NCBI GenBank assembly: GCA_002269645.1
Contig: NIVC01000042.1
Coordinates: 1-64,000, forward strand
Reading direction: 5' to 3'
Length of the DNA: 64,000 nt
Source: Macrostomum lignano
Lineage: Eukaryota
Of the stretch, positions 47,201 to 59,073 are shown piece after piece. Position numbers and translations under genes: made by a program. The notes beneath the pieces were generated by a model. The model saw only the letters and a program-made list of their open reading frames with translations, was not told where the DNA came from and searched no databases. The first letter of the stretch is position 1; each line of letters starts with the position of its first letter.

Positions 47201-47833
47201 ATGAACACCCAGCTGGCTCCAGGTGCGGTCAGGAACACCCCCGTTCACCGCCAGCTTCCCCGGGCCAAGATCTTCCAACAGAATGAGCAGCAGCCAGCCA
47301 CTCCGGCTACGCCTCGCACCGGCCTGGCGTTGCTTAGCAACCGAAACGATAATAACAGTACAAACGTCTCCAAGCCGTCGGGCCCGGCTGCAGCTGCAAA
47401 GCCGTCAGCCAATCAGGCCGCGGCTGCAGCTGTTCACCCACCGCCTCCAGTTGAGAAGCCGCCGCCAGATCCAGCCGAATTTGAGGCTCCCTACGAGTGG
47501 GAATTTCTGCCCGACACGGCTGACTGGCTCCGCCTGTTGGGTCGCATCGGCTCCGCCGGCTGTCCCGGCGGCCTGCCGTTCCGCGGCCGTCTGGCAACTA
47601 TCGACCAGTCGCCGCAGCCGCTGGTCTCCGACAACAAGGAGAATGTACCGCCGCCGTCGCCCTCGTCTTCAGAGTCGCCTGGCGGGCATCACTGGGACGA
47701 GTCGCCAACTAGAAGCGGCTGTCGTCGTCGGAAGGGCTATCGGCAGTCCAGCCTGGGCAGCAGCGACAGTCTGGACAATGATGTTGACGAGGATCGAGTG
47801 GCGATCTGTTTCGACATTGATAGAATCCTGTGA
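47201..47833 (+). CDS. 210-aa low-complexity protein with D-box and KEN box; securin (PTTG)-like
   Basis: GC-rich single ORF after an acceptor-like TTCCAG; RTGLALLSN (RxxLxxxxN); KEN at aa 146-148; VEKPPPDPAEFE segment; several S/T-P sites. Confidence 0.65.
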   Translation: MNTQLAPGAVRNTPVHRQLPRAKIFQQNEQQPATPATPRTGLALLSNRNDNNSTNVSKPSGPAAAAKPSANQAAAAAVHPPPPVEKPPPDPAEFEAPYEWEFLPDTADWLRLLGRIGSAGCPGGLPFRGRLATIDQSPQPLVSDNKENVPPPSPSSSESPGGHHWDESPTRSGCRRRKGYRQSSLGSSDSLDNDVDEDRVAICFDIDRIL

Positions 47834-48436
47834 CAGTTGGTTGCGGCACTGTGCAACTTGATTTATGACCAGTATAACAAGTGCGTTTATTTATATTTTA
47901 ATCACCCTGCTCAATTAATTTAGCTCAATTATGTAATTAGAAACCCCTCTTTATTATACAATTTTCTGTTGCATTTTATATAGCTCATATTCTGTCTATC
48001 CATTGATCAATTGCTAGTTTCCGTCTTCATCATTTCTAATTGACTTTTTTTGCTTTCGCTCATTCTATCAGCTTTTTTCATATATACTCCTCTTCGCGTA
48101 TATATCTGCAGTGAAGAAATATGTGCAACAAAATTATTCAAAAGCATTTGTACTTTATGCTACAACTATTATTTGCTATTATTTATTATTCACTTTGCTA
48201 CCCCATATCATAAATCGCACTTTATTTTTTGTCTATTATTTGTTTCATAAAATATGCCAATAACTGGACACCAGCAAAAATATTACATATTAATAACATA
48301 ATAAACATTCATACGTCGATTATTAATAAATTTTTTCTCGTATGGTGGGCTGCAATTTTTTTGCTGTTTTTTGTCTTGTGGGGTTCCAAGTTCCAAGAAT
48401 CCATTCTAGACATTCCTGTAAATGGCCAGATTTGTA

Positions 48437-48975
48437 GCTGTCAGATGGGAGTTCCAGCAGTGTCACATGGGAGTTCCAGCAGTGTCAGATGAGAGTTCCA
48501 GCTGTGTCAGATGGGAGTTCCAGCAGTGTCAGATGGGAGTTCCAGCTGTGTCAGATGGGAGTTCCAGCAGTGTCAGATGTGAGTTCCAGCAGTGTCAGAT
48601 GGGAGTTCCAGCTGTGTCAGATGGGAGTTCCAGCAGTGTCAGATGGGAGTTCCAGCTGTGTCAGATGGGAGTTCCAGCAGTGTCAGATGGGAGTTCCAGC
48701 AGTGTCAGATGGATGGGAGTTCCAGCAGTGTCAGATGGGAGTTCCAGCAGTGTCAGATGGGAGTTCCAGCTGTGTCAGATGAGAGTTCCAGCTGTGTCAG
48801 ATGGGAGTTCCAGCTGTGTCAGATGGGAGTTCCAGCTGTGTCAGATGGGAGTTCCAGCTGTGTCAGATGGGAGTTCCAGCAGTGTCAGATGGGAGTTCCA
48901 GCTGTGTCAGATGGGAGTTCCAGCTGTGTCAGATGGGAGTTCCAGCTGTGTCAGATGGGAGTTCCAGCAGTGTCA
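48437..48975. repeat. 22-bp minisatellite (GTCAGATGGGAGTTCCAGC[A/T]GT)
   Basis: Direct tandem array. Confidence 0.95.
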
Positions 48976-49069
48976 GGGGGAGTTACAGCTTCAAGCTAGT
49001 TTAATCGGAGGACTATCTTTAGTGTAGTATAAAACAACGAAGCGATACCCAAACCCGACCATTCATGCC

Positions 49070-52000
49070 ATGGCCGACCTCCTGTTTGAGGAGAACTCCA
49101 GCGAATTCGATGACGAGCAGCAGCAACAGAAGACTTCGAACGAAGCTAGCGGCGGCGGCGGTGGACGAGCGGCGGCCGGTGATGAAGACACCGAGCTGCG
49201 GGACGACCCCGAGCTGGAGAGCATCAGGCAGAAGGTGCGCGAGATGGAAGCCGAGGCGGAGCGGCTGCGCATGATGCAGTCAGACATGGAGAAGCCCATG
49301 GCCGGCTCGTCTGTTGCTATGCCAACCGCCGTGTTAACAGACGAGGAGCGCTTAGATACGGACTCGCGCTCAGTTTACGTTGGCAACGTCGATTACGGAG
49401 CCACGGCTGAGGAGTTGGAGACGCATTTTCATTCCTGCGGCGCTATTAACAGGATTACTATCCTGTGCAATAAGTATACAGGTGCGGCATGGGGTTCGAG
49501 TCCCTCTGGTGTGGGAACATTGTCTGATAAATCGAGCACGTGTGTACATTGAGCATGTGTGTACATCATCAGTGTGGCACATTGAGCATGTGTGTACATT
49601 TATCAGTGTGGCACATTGAGCATGTGTGTACATTTATCAGTGTGGCACATTGAGCATGTGTGTACATTATCAGTGTGGCACATTGAGCATGTGTGTACAT
49701 TTACGAGGGTCACTCAGAAAGTCTTTAGCCTGAGTAGGATCCACGAGACGTAGAAGCATGAAATTTGTCTATGGTAAAGACCAACTTTTAAAAGTATCGC
49801 AGCAAAAATTTCAAACAGAAGCAGCCACTTTTGAGTCCACTGCAGCGAGTTAAAGTCAGTTCACCCCCTGAGATCTTCAATTCAACAATGAAGCTGGAAA
49901 ATCGCGACTTCAGAGCAATGATGTACCTGCACTTCAAGCAAGGCAAGTCGCCGGCCGAATCGTATCAAACTTTACAGAACGTTTTCACCCATGTATGTCC
50001 TTCATACGCAACCGTCAAAAACTGGTTCGCTGAGTTTCGCCGAGGTCGAGAAAGCCTCGAAGATGAACATCGATCCGGGAGACCCTGTGACGCAGTGACT
50101 CCAGAAAATATCTGCGCTGTGTCCAGCATGATTGCCGCTGACCGGCGAGTGACCTACCAGCAGATCCAGCAGGAGATCGGTATTGGATCGGGGAGTGTGC
50201 ACGCCATTATGCACGAACACCTTGGAGTGCGGAAGCTGGCTTCCCGGTGGATCCCCCATCAGCTGTCGGACGTGCAGAAGGACACCAGGGTGGCTTGGTG
50301 CCGATTCATGCTGCAGAAATTCGAATCCGGGACCAGCCGGCGTATCTGGGACATCCTCACGGGCGATGAGACCTGGATTTATCAATACGACCCCGAAAGC
50401 AAGCGCCAGTCAGCCATGTGGACCTTTGGAGACGAGGACAGCCCCACCAAGTTTCGACGCAGCCGGAGTGTCGGCAAGCAGATGGTGGCCTGTTTCTTCA
50501 TGCGCACTGGGCATGTGGCTTCCGTTTCACTTGAAGATCGCCAGACAGTCACCGCTGACTGGTACACAACGGTTTGCCTGCCCAAGGTCTTTTCTGCTGT
50601 GAGCCAGAGGCGCCCAAGGTGCGGAATGCGTGGGGTGCTTCTGCACCACGACAACGCCAGCGCGCACACGGCGGCTCAAACTCTGGAGTTTCTGGCTGAC
50701 TGTGGGGTCCAGCTGATGACTCACCCTGCTTACAGTCCAGACCTGGCACCGTGCGACTTTTTTCTGTTTCCGAAGTGCAAGGAGATTCTGAAGGGCCAGG
50801 TCTTTTCTTCACCGGAAGAAGCTGTGAATGAGTTTAAAAACATCATCGAGGAGCTCCGGGATGAGGATTGGCGGCAGTGCTTCGACAGCTGGTTTCACAG
50901 GATGCAAGCCTGTATCAATGCCGGTGGAGAGTATTTTGAGCACTTGTAGTCGTTTTTTAGTTCATTTGTTGCTGTTTTCGTGTTCAAGCTAAGAACTTTC
51001 TGAGTGACCCTCGTATCAGTGTGGCACATTGAGCATGTGTGTACATTATCAGTGTGGCACATTGAGCATGTGTGTACATTTATCAGTGTGGCACATTGAG
51101 CATGTGTGTACATCATCAGTGTGGCACATTGAGCATGTGTGTACATTTATCAGTGTGGCACATTGAGCATGTGTGTACATTATCAGTGTGGCACATTGAG
51201 CATGTGTGTACATCATCAGTGTGGCACATTAAGCACGTGTGTACATCATCAGTGTGGCACATTAAGTACGTGTGTACATCATCAGTGTAGCACATTAAGC
51301 ACGTGTGTACATCATCAGTTTGGCACATTAAGCACGTGTGTACATCATCAGTTTGGCACATTAAGCACGTGTGTACATCATCAGTGTGGCACATTAAGTA
51401 CGTGTGTACATCATCAGTGTAGCACATTAAGCACGTGTGTACATCATCAGTTTGGCACATTAAGCACGTGTGTACATCATCAGTTTGGCACATTAAGCAC
51501 GTGTGTACATCATCAGTGTGGCACATTAAGCACGTGTGTACATCATCAGTGTGGCACATTAAGCACGTGTGTACATCATCAGTGTGGCACATTAAGTACG
51601 TGTGTACATTATCATTGTGGCACATTATGCAGCCCCCAAGGCACATAGTGTACATGCCTGACGATCAGAAAGTCAGGGCCGGTGTACACCCTGTGTGAGC
51701 GTGTGCATGAATGCGTGCCTGCGTACTGAGGGTGGAATTGCTGTCAGCTCTTGTTGTGAGACGATTTCCTGCTGCAAATATTACACTACTAACCAGTAGC
51801 ACCACATGACTATAATCCCAATTGTCGCAGGCCAGCCCAAAGGTTTCGCCTACGTGGAATTCGCCGAGAAAGACTCTGTAGAGGCGGCCCTCGCCCTAGA
51901 CGAGAGCCTGTTCCGCAATCGTTCCCTCAAAGTGATGGCTAAGCGAACCAACACGCCCGGCATGTCTGTTACTAACCGGCCGCCGAGGGGCCGATTCCGC

Positions 52001-52984
52001 GGTCGCATGGCCCGAATGTACGGCGGGTCCGGTATGGCGCCCCGGGGAGGTCGCGGATTCAGGTATATAAATATGCTGAGAGCTCTGCGGTTATGTTGAT
52101 GGCTTCGGCTTTGTTTGCGATTCTTTGCATTACCTGTTTGTGACTAAAGTACAGTGAGTACTATTAGTGTGCACCATTATTGTGATCATAGGGTCTATCC
52201 GATACTCTATTGCGGTATGAGATTAGGGATCTCAGTGCTCAGATTGGGGATCTCAGGTGCTCAGATTGGGGATCTCAGTGCTCAGATTGGGGATCTCAGT
52301 GCTCAGATTGGGGATCTCAGGTGATCAGATTGGGGATCTCAGTGCTCAGATTGGGGATCTCAGGTGATCAGATTGAGGATCTCAGGTGATCAGATTGGGG
52401 ATCAGTGATCAGATTGGGGATCTCATGTGATCTGACTGAGGATCTCAGTGATCAGATTGGGGATCTCAGGTGATCAGATTGGGGATCTCTTTGATCAGAT
52501 TGGGGATTTTAGGCGATCAGATTAGGTACCTCAGGTGATCAGATTGGGAATATCAGTGATTAGATTGGGGATCTCAGGTGATCAGATTGGGGATCAGTGA
52601 TCAGATTGGGGAACTCTGTGATCAGATTGGGGATCAGTGATCAGATTGGGGATCTCAGGTGATCTGACTGGGGATCTCAGTGCTCAGATTGGGGATTTTA
52701 GGTGATTAGATTGGGGATCTCAGTGATCAGATTAGGGATTTCAATCCCAAATTGTGCTTTCATATTTTTATTTTCAATACGGTATTTACTTACAACGTTA
52801 GTAGTTATACAATAGTTGCATTTAATTACCCAGGTGCTGTGAAGTTAAATGAATTTTTTATTACATTTTTGTCGCATTTGGCTTATTAGATTCAATTAGG
52901 TATTGATTATTTCTAGAGTATGCTGCAACGCTCATCACCACTTGCAGACGCCGCCCACCACCTTACTGGTACGCGCCCTACTGA
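49070..52984 (+). CDS. PABPN1: Nuclear poly(A)-binding protein. Exons 49070-49481, 51831-52062, 52948-52984.
   Basis: Acidic/coiled-coil [21 protein letters not shown]; [24 protein letters not shown]...[11 protein letters not shown]; RG-rich tail ending WYAPY*; phase-consistent junctions. Confidence 0.95.
49704..51013 (+). mobile_element. Full-length mariner transposon, 1310 bp
   Basis: TIRs CGAGGGTCACTCAGAAAGT(CT/TC)TTAGC; TA duplication on both sides; intact transposase. Confidence 0.97.
49888..50949 (+). CDS. Mariner DD34D transposase, 353 aa
   Basis: [38 protein letters not shown]; 34 residues between the second and third Asp. Confidence 0.97.
   Translation: MKLENRDFRAMMYLHFKQGKSPAESYQTLQNVFTHVCPSYATVKNWFAEFRRGRESLEDEHRSGRPCDAVTPENICAVSSMIAADRRVTYQQIQQEIGIGSGSVHAIMHEHLGVRKLASRWIPHQLSDVQKDTRVAWCRFMLQKFESGTSRRIWDILTGDETWIYQYDPESKRQSAMWTFGDEDSPTKFRRSRSVGKQMVACFFMRTGHVASVSLEDRQTVTADWYTTVCLPKVFSAVSQRRPRCGMRGVLLHHDNASAHTAAQTLEFLADCGVQLMTHPAYSPDLAPCDFFLFPKCKEILKGQVFSSPEEAVNEFKNIIEELRDEDWRQCFDSWFHRMQACINAGGEYFEHL
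52226..52745. repeat. 21-22-bp intronic minisatellite (GATCAGATTGGGGATCTCAG[G]T)
   Basis: Direct tandem array in PABPN1 intron 2. Confidence 0.93.
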
Positions 52985-55921
52985 TTCGTCGCTCAGCTTG
53001 AAAAAAATAACGAAAAAATGATACAAAAGAGTTAAAAACAATAAAATATTATTGTGCAAGAAAAAAGAAGAATCAAAGCAGCAACAGCAACTGAAAAAAT
53101 GAAACAATAAAAAAGAGTGAATATTTTGCGCAGAAAAAATACCATTAATTCACTGCGCAGGCGTTTGTTGACTGAGAATTGCTGAGCAAATTTGGCGCGT
53201 TGTGCTTTTCTTTAAGTATAAATAATATTTAATAACCAATGTTCAATTATAAAGTGCATCCGCCTATAACAGGGGTCGAGAAACTCATCTCTATACCCAC
53301 TCTGGTTTTGCTTGACCCCTTTGTTGTGTCATTTTAATTTCATTTCTTGTCGCTGTTTTCAATGAAGTCATCTGCTTCAATCGACAATATTTGTCTATCT
53401 GTATGTGTTATCTAATTATAATAAGATAATAATAATAGGCTTGTTGTAATTAAATTGCTGGTCTGCCATCCCACGATGGGATGCAGCGATCAATGAATTG
53501 ATTGTCTTGTATTCTTTGTTTTATTTCGTTACGCAGGGTAGGTCTTTTTTAGAATTTTTAATAACATTCTAAGCGATTGAATTTCTGTGTTATTAGCATT
53601 CTAGAGGATGGGATTTCTGTGTTATTAGCATTCTAGAGGATGGGATTTCTGTGTTATTAGCATTCTAGAGGATGGGATTTGTCTTATTAGCATTCTAGAG
53701 GATGGGATTTCTGTGTTACTAGCATTCTAGAGGATGGGATTTCTGTGTTATTAGCATTCTAGAGGATGGGATTTCTGTGTTATTAACATTCTAGAGGATG
53801 GGATTTCTGTGTTATTAGCATTCTAGAGGATGGGATTTCTGTGTTATTAGCATTCTAGAGGATGGGATTTCTGTGTTATTAGCATTCTAGAGGATGGGAT
53901 TTGTCTTATTAGCATTCTAGAGGATGGGATTTCTGTGTTACTAGAATTCTAGAGGATGGGATTTCTGTGTTATTAGCATTCTAGAAAATGAGATTTCTGT
54001 GTTATTAGCATTCTAGAGGATGGGATTTCTGTGTTATTAGCATTCTAGAGGATGGGATTTCTGTGTTATTAGAATTCTAGAGGATGGGATTTCTGTGTTA
54101 TTAGCATTCTAGAGGATGGGATTTGTCTTATTAGCATTCTAGAGGATGGGATTTCTGTGTTACTAGCATTCTAGAGGATGGGATTTCTGTGTTATTAGCA
54201 TTCTAGAGGATGGGATTTCTGTGTTATTAACATTCTAGAGGATGGGATTTCTGTGTTATTAGCATTCTAGAGGATGGGATTTGTCTTATTAGCATTCTAG
54301 AGGATGGGATTTCTGTGTTACTAGCATTCTAGAGGATGGGATTTCTGTGTTATTAGCATTCTAGAAAATGAGATTTCTGTGTTATTAGCATTCTAGAGGA
54401 TGGGATTTCTGTGTTATTAGCGTTCTAGAGGATGGGATTTCTGTGTTATTAGAATTCTAGAGGATGGGATTTCTGTGTTATTAGCATTCTAGAGGATGGG
54501 ATTTGTCTTATTAGCATTCTAGAGGATGGGATTTCTGTGTTACTAGCATTCTAGAGGATGGGATTTCTGTGTTATTAGCATTCTAGAGGATGGGATTTCT
54601 GTGTTATTAACATTCTAGAGGATGGGATTTCTGTGTTATTAGCATTCTAGAGGATGGGATTTCTGTGTTATTAGCATTCTAGAGGATGGGATTTCTGTGT
54701 TATTAGCATTCTAGAGGATGGGATTTGTCTTATTAGCATTCTAGAGGATGGGATTTCTGTGTTACTAGCATTCTAGAGGATGGGATTTCTGTGTTATTAG
54801 CATTCTAGAAAATGAGATTTCTGTGTTATTAGCATTCTAGAGGATGGGATTTCTGTGTTATTAGCGTTCTAGAGGATGGGATTTCTGTGTTATTAGAATT
54901 CTAGAGAATGGGATTTCTGTGTTATTAGCATTCTAGAGGATAGGATTTCTGTGTTATTAGCATTCTAGAGGATGGGATTTCTGTGTTATTAGCATTCTAG
55001 AGGATGGGATTTCTGTGTTATTAGCGTTCTAGAGGATGGCATTTCTGTGTTATTAGCATTCTAGAGGATGGGATTTCTGTGTTATTAGCATTCTAGAAGA
55101 TGGGATTTCTGTGTTATTAGCATTCTAGAGAATGGGATTTCTGTGTTATTAGCATTCTAGAGGATGGGATTTCTGTGTTATTAGCATTCTAGAAGATGGG
55201 ATTTCTGTGTTATTAGCATTCTAGAGGATGGGATTTCTGTGTTATTAGCATTCTAGAGGATGGGATTTCTGTGTTATTAGCATTCTAGAAGATGGGATTT
55301 CTGTGTTATTAGCATTCTAGAGGATGGGGTTTCTGTGTTATTAGCATTCTAGAGAATGGGATTTCTGTGTTATTAGCATTCTAGAGAATGGGATTTCTGT
55401 GTTATTAGCATTCTAGAGGATGGGATTTCTGTGTTATTAGCATTCTAGAGAATGGGATTTCTGTGTTATTAGCATTCTAGAGGATGGGATTTCTGTGTTA
55501 TTAGCATTCTAGAGGATGGGATTTCTGTGTTATTAGCATTCTAGAAGATGGGATTTCTGTGTTATTAGCATTCTAGAGGATGGGATTTCTGTGTTATTAG
55601 CATTCTAGAGGATGGGATTTCTGTGTTATTAGCATTCTAGAGGATGGGATTTCTGTGTTATTAGCATTCTAGAGGATGGGGTTTCTGTGTTATTAGCATT
55701 CTAGAGAATGGGATTTCTGTGTTATTAGCATTCTAGAGAATGGGATTTCTGTGTTATTAGCATTCTAGAGGATGGGATTTCTGTGTTATTAGCATTCTAG
55801 AGGATGGGATTTCTGTGTTATTAGCATTCTAGAGAATGGGATTTCTGTGTTATTAGCATTCTAGAGGATGGGATTTCTGTGTTATTAGCATTCTAGAGGA
55901 TGGGATTTCTGTGTTATTAGC

Positions 55922-56912
55922 CAAAAAACTTACACAGAATGCTCAATCAGCGATTTAATGAAATTAAACTGCGTAGAAATAGATATGCGTACAAACTACT
56001 AATCCGGTGAAGAAACATAAGTAGCCATAGACTATTACTCAAGTTTGTAGCACAAGACCGCCTGATTTATTAAGTCAGTAACCAGAAACCATGCAGCAAT
56101 CGAAACGTAAAACGTGAAACGTAGAAACCAGTTAAACTGGAGCACAAAAAGTTTTGAAGTGATGCAACTCAAAAAGTTGGATAAAAAACGGACTGTGTGG
56201 ACAAAATCGGGCTGTGTGGAGTGCAGAAGCAGATTGAATGACTCCATGGGCGTGATAGGTTCTTAGAGCTTGCGCCATTGTACGAGACAACACCTGCGCT
56301 GCCAATTTGACACTCATGTCTTTATACAGCTTCAGTGTTGGATGCGCATTCCAGACAAGTCGACTGTGCGGCTCATGACGGTCTCTCGGGCACATATACA
56401 TGTGATCAGCGAAGTGCTGACTGCACACCACTGCAGTCGCCCATTTGTGCTCATACTTCTTCCCCAGAAGGTCAGCACGGAAGATGCGACGAGCCCAGTC
56501 TTCACACCTACAGCGTAAAATTCAACATAAATCGTACACAAGTTTTCATGCAAATAATATTAGTCACGATTCGACTAAGCTTACCGGGCACGGTTTGAAG
56601 GAAAGCTGTGAAACCTGGTTTCTGGTGGACAACGACAACGATAGGAATAATTTGGACAGCCATAGGCAGCACACTGTTTTCGCGATTTTGCAGAAGGCAT
56701 ACTTCACTGCAGCAAAACCAAACATCCACATTCTTTGTGAAAAGACAATGCTGCTGCAAGTAATTCTATTAAATGAATATATCTTGTGCTACACACTTAA
56801 GTAATAGTCTATGGCTACTTATGTTTCTTCACCGGATTAGTAGTTTGTACGCATATCTATTTCTACGCAGTTTAATTTCATTAAATCGCTGATTGAGCAT
56901 TCTGTGTAAGTT
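55922..56912 (-). mobile_element. Internally deleted P-element-like transposon, ~990 bp, with ~115-bp TIRs
   Basis: TIR 55927-56039 matches 56801-56912; the right terminus lacks its last few bases. Carries THAP and P-transposase motifs. Confidence 0.88.
56132..56700 (-). CDS. THAP-domain truncated P transposase, 163 aa. Exons 56700-56585 and 56507-56132.
   Basis: CAAYGC...FHSFP...W...VCSQHF...NAHPTL (complete THAP) runs in frame into DMSVKLAAQVLSRTMAQAL, a central P-transposase motif. The 77-nt intron is GT-AG. Confidence 0.8.
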
Positions 56913-58083
56913 CTGTGTTATTAGCATTCTAGAGGATGGGATTTCTGTGTTATTAGCATTCTAGAAGATGGGATTTCTGTGTTATTAGCATTCTAGAGAA
57001 TGGGATTTCTGTGTTATTAGCATTCTAGAGGATGGGATTTCTGTGTTATTAGCATTCTAGAGAATGGGATTTCTGTGTTATTAGCATTCTAGAGAATGGG
57101 ATTTCTGTGTTATTAGCATTCTAGAGAATGGGATTTCTGTGTTATTAGCATTCTAGAGAATGGAATTTCTGTGTTATTAGCATTCTAAAGAATGGGATTT
57201 CTGTGTTATTAGCATTCTAGAGAATGGGATTTCTGTGTTATTAGCATTCTAGAGAATGGGATTTCTGTGTTACTAGCATTCTAGTGGATAGGATTTCTGT
57301 GTTATTAGCATTCTAGAGGATGGTGTTTCTGTGTTATTAGCATTCTAGAGAATGGGATTTCTGTGTTATTAGCATTCTAGAGAATGGGATTTCTGTGTTA
57401 TTAGCATTCTATAGAATGGGATTTCTGTGTTATTAGCATTCTAGAGGATGGGATTTCTGTGTTATTAGCGTTCTAGAGAATGGGATTTCTGTGTTATTAG
57501 CATTCTATAGAATGGGATTTCTGTGTTATTAGCATTCTAGAGAATGGGATTTCTGTGTTATTAGCATTCTATAGAATGGGATTTCTGTGTTATTAGCATT
57601 CTAGAGGATGGGATTTCTGTGTTATTAGCGTTCTAGAGGATAGGATTTCTGTGTTATTAGCATTCTAGAGAATGGGGTTTCTGTGTTATTAGCATTCTAG
57701 AGAATGGGGTTTCTGTGTTATTAGCATTCTAGAGAATGGGGTTTCTGTGTTATTAACACTCTGAGGGATGGGGTTTCTGTGTTATTAGCATTCTAGAGAA
57801 TGGGGTTTCTGTGTTATTAGCATTCTAGAGAATGGGGTTTCTGTGTTATTAACACTCTGAGGGATGGGATTTCTGTGTTATTAACACTCCAGTTTAAGCA
57901 ACGCGAGGTTCAGTCGGAAATCTCCCTACACTATGAAATTTCCTATAGAAAATCCATTCTACATGTCAGTCAGAAATGATTGTTTGCAGTTGGCGCAACT
58001 AGTTAACTATTTAATTATATTATAATTTAAAACCCGATCCAGCCTACTTTCGAGTAGACACAGCGTGAGAGAGACAGAGAGAG

Positions 58084-59073
58084 ATGAGCGCAGGCGAGGA
58101 GGAGCTCCAGAGCGAGTCACCAACAGCGAGTCTGTGCCAGCTGCTGCCGCTGTGGTTCGACGATGACGACGCCAGCGGCGGGCAGCGGAAGCACCGAACC
58201 GCCAGCTCGATCAGCCTTAACATGTGGGGCGACTGTCGGCCGGCCAACTATGCCAAGTCTGTCCGGCGAGCCCGCCTGTTCCGGCCGGCTCGTCTGGCGC
58301 TGTTCGCCAGGGTCAAGTCCGAGCTGGAGTCGGCCGGGGTTGAGTACGCCCTGTACGGCGGCAGCGCCCTGGCTGTGCACCGCGAGTCCGGCCGGATGAT
58401 TCCGCACGACTCCGATATCGATCTGGTTGTCCGCGAGGTCGACTTTGCCCGTCTGGTTGCTATTGGCAACCGGTTGACGGCGGCCGAGCCGGGCGCTGCT
58501 CATATCGCATTCGATGCCAGCTGCAGTCTGAGCGGTAAGCCGTGGTTCGAGTCCGGTTCGACTGTTGAGATCCCCTACGCTGGTCGGGGATGCAAGCGGG
58601 TGAAGTTCAGCCTCACCGAGGCCGGTTGGGCAGCCGTTGGTCTCAACTGCGGGCCTAAGCGGTTTCCCTTCGATCCCTGCCTGGTGCACCTGGACGTGTT
58701 CACCGTGTCGCCGCATCCGCTGGATCCAAACGGCTCGTTGCGCGTCAACTGGTCCGTACCTGGCATCTACGACTGCATGGACAAGCGATTCCCTGCGGAC
58801 TGTCTCTTCCCAGCTGTGCCCTGCACCTTTGAGTCTGTACCAACTTTTGCGCCTAGGGACCTGCTGGCCTACCTGACTGTCGAGTACGGCTACCTGGGGC
58901 GCGACGCCATGTACGACTCGTCTACTGGACTGTACGTTAAAATTCCGCCTGAGCTGAGAACTCAGATTCCTGGCGCGGCTGCCCGCTGGGCCGACTCTGC
59001 TGGGGCCGATGCGGAGTCTGCGGATGTTAATGGGAGCGCTGATGCTGATGAAGACGATCCAGATGAAGAATGA
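58084..59073 (+). CDS. LicD/fukutin-family nucleotidyltransferase-like protein, 329 aa, single ORF
   Basis: YALYGGSALAVHRESGRMIPHDSDIDLVV matches the LicD G-T/S-L-L-G-A-x-R...IPWDxDxD pattern; HLDVF; FPAVPCTFESVPTFAPRD...YLTVEYG. Confidence 0.8.
   Translation: MSAGEEELQSESPTASLCQLLPLWFDDDDASGGQRKHRTASSISLNMWGDCRPANYAKSVRRARLFRPARLALFARVKSELESAGVEYALYGGSALAVHRESGRMIPHDSDIDLVVREVDFARLVAIGNRLTAAEPGAAHIAFDASCSLSGKPWFESGSTVEIPYAGRGCKRVKFSLTEAGWAAVGLNCGPKRFPFDPCLVHLDVFTVSPHPLDPNGSLRVNWSVPGIYDCMDKRFPADCLFPAVPCTFESVPTFAPRDLLAYLTVEYGYLGRDAMYDSSTGLYVKIPPELRTQIPGAAARWADSAGADAESADVNGSADADEDDPDEE

Larger units (their letters stand above)
49538..51630. repeat. 33-34-bp intronic minisatellite (TGAGCATGTGTGTACATTTATCAGTGTGGCACAT), split by a mariner
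   Basis: The array is present on both sides of 49704-51013. Confidence 0.93.
53578..57890. repeat. 32-bp satellite (TTAGCATTCTAGAGGATGGGATTTCTGTGTTA), ~3.3 kb net, split by a P-like element
   Basis: Direct tandem array on both sides of 55922-56912. Confidence 0.97.

Noticed and set aside
46300-49010. CTAGT after the 24-bp and 22-bp arrays as Helitron 3' ends
   Set aside because: No clear 3' hairpin or TC 5' end was found.
53578-57890. CRISPR-like regular repeats
   Set aside because: Units are contiguous with no unique spacers, there are no cas genes, and the context is eukaryotic.
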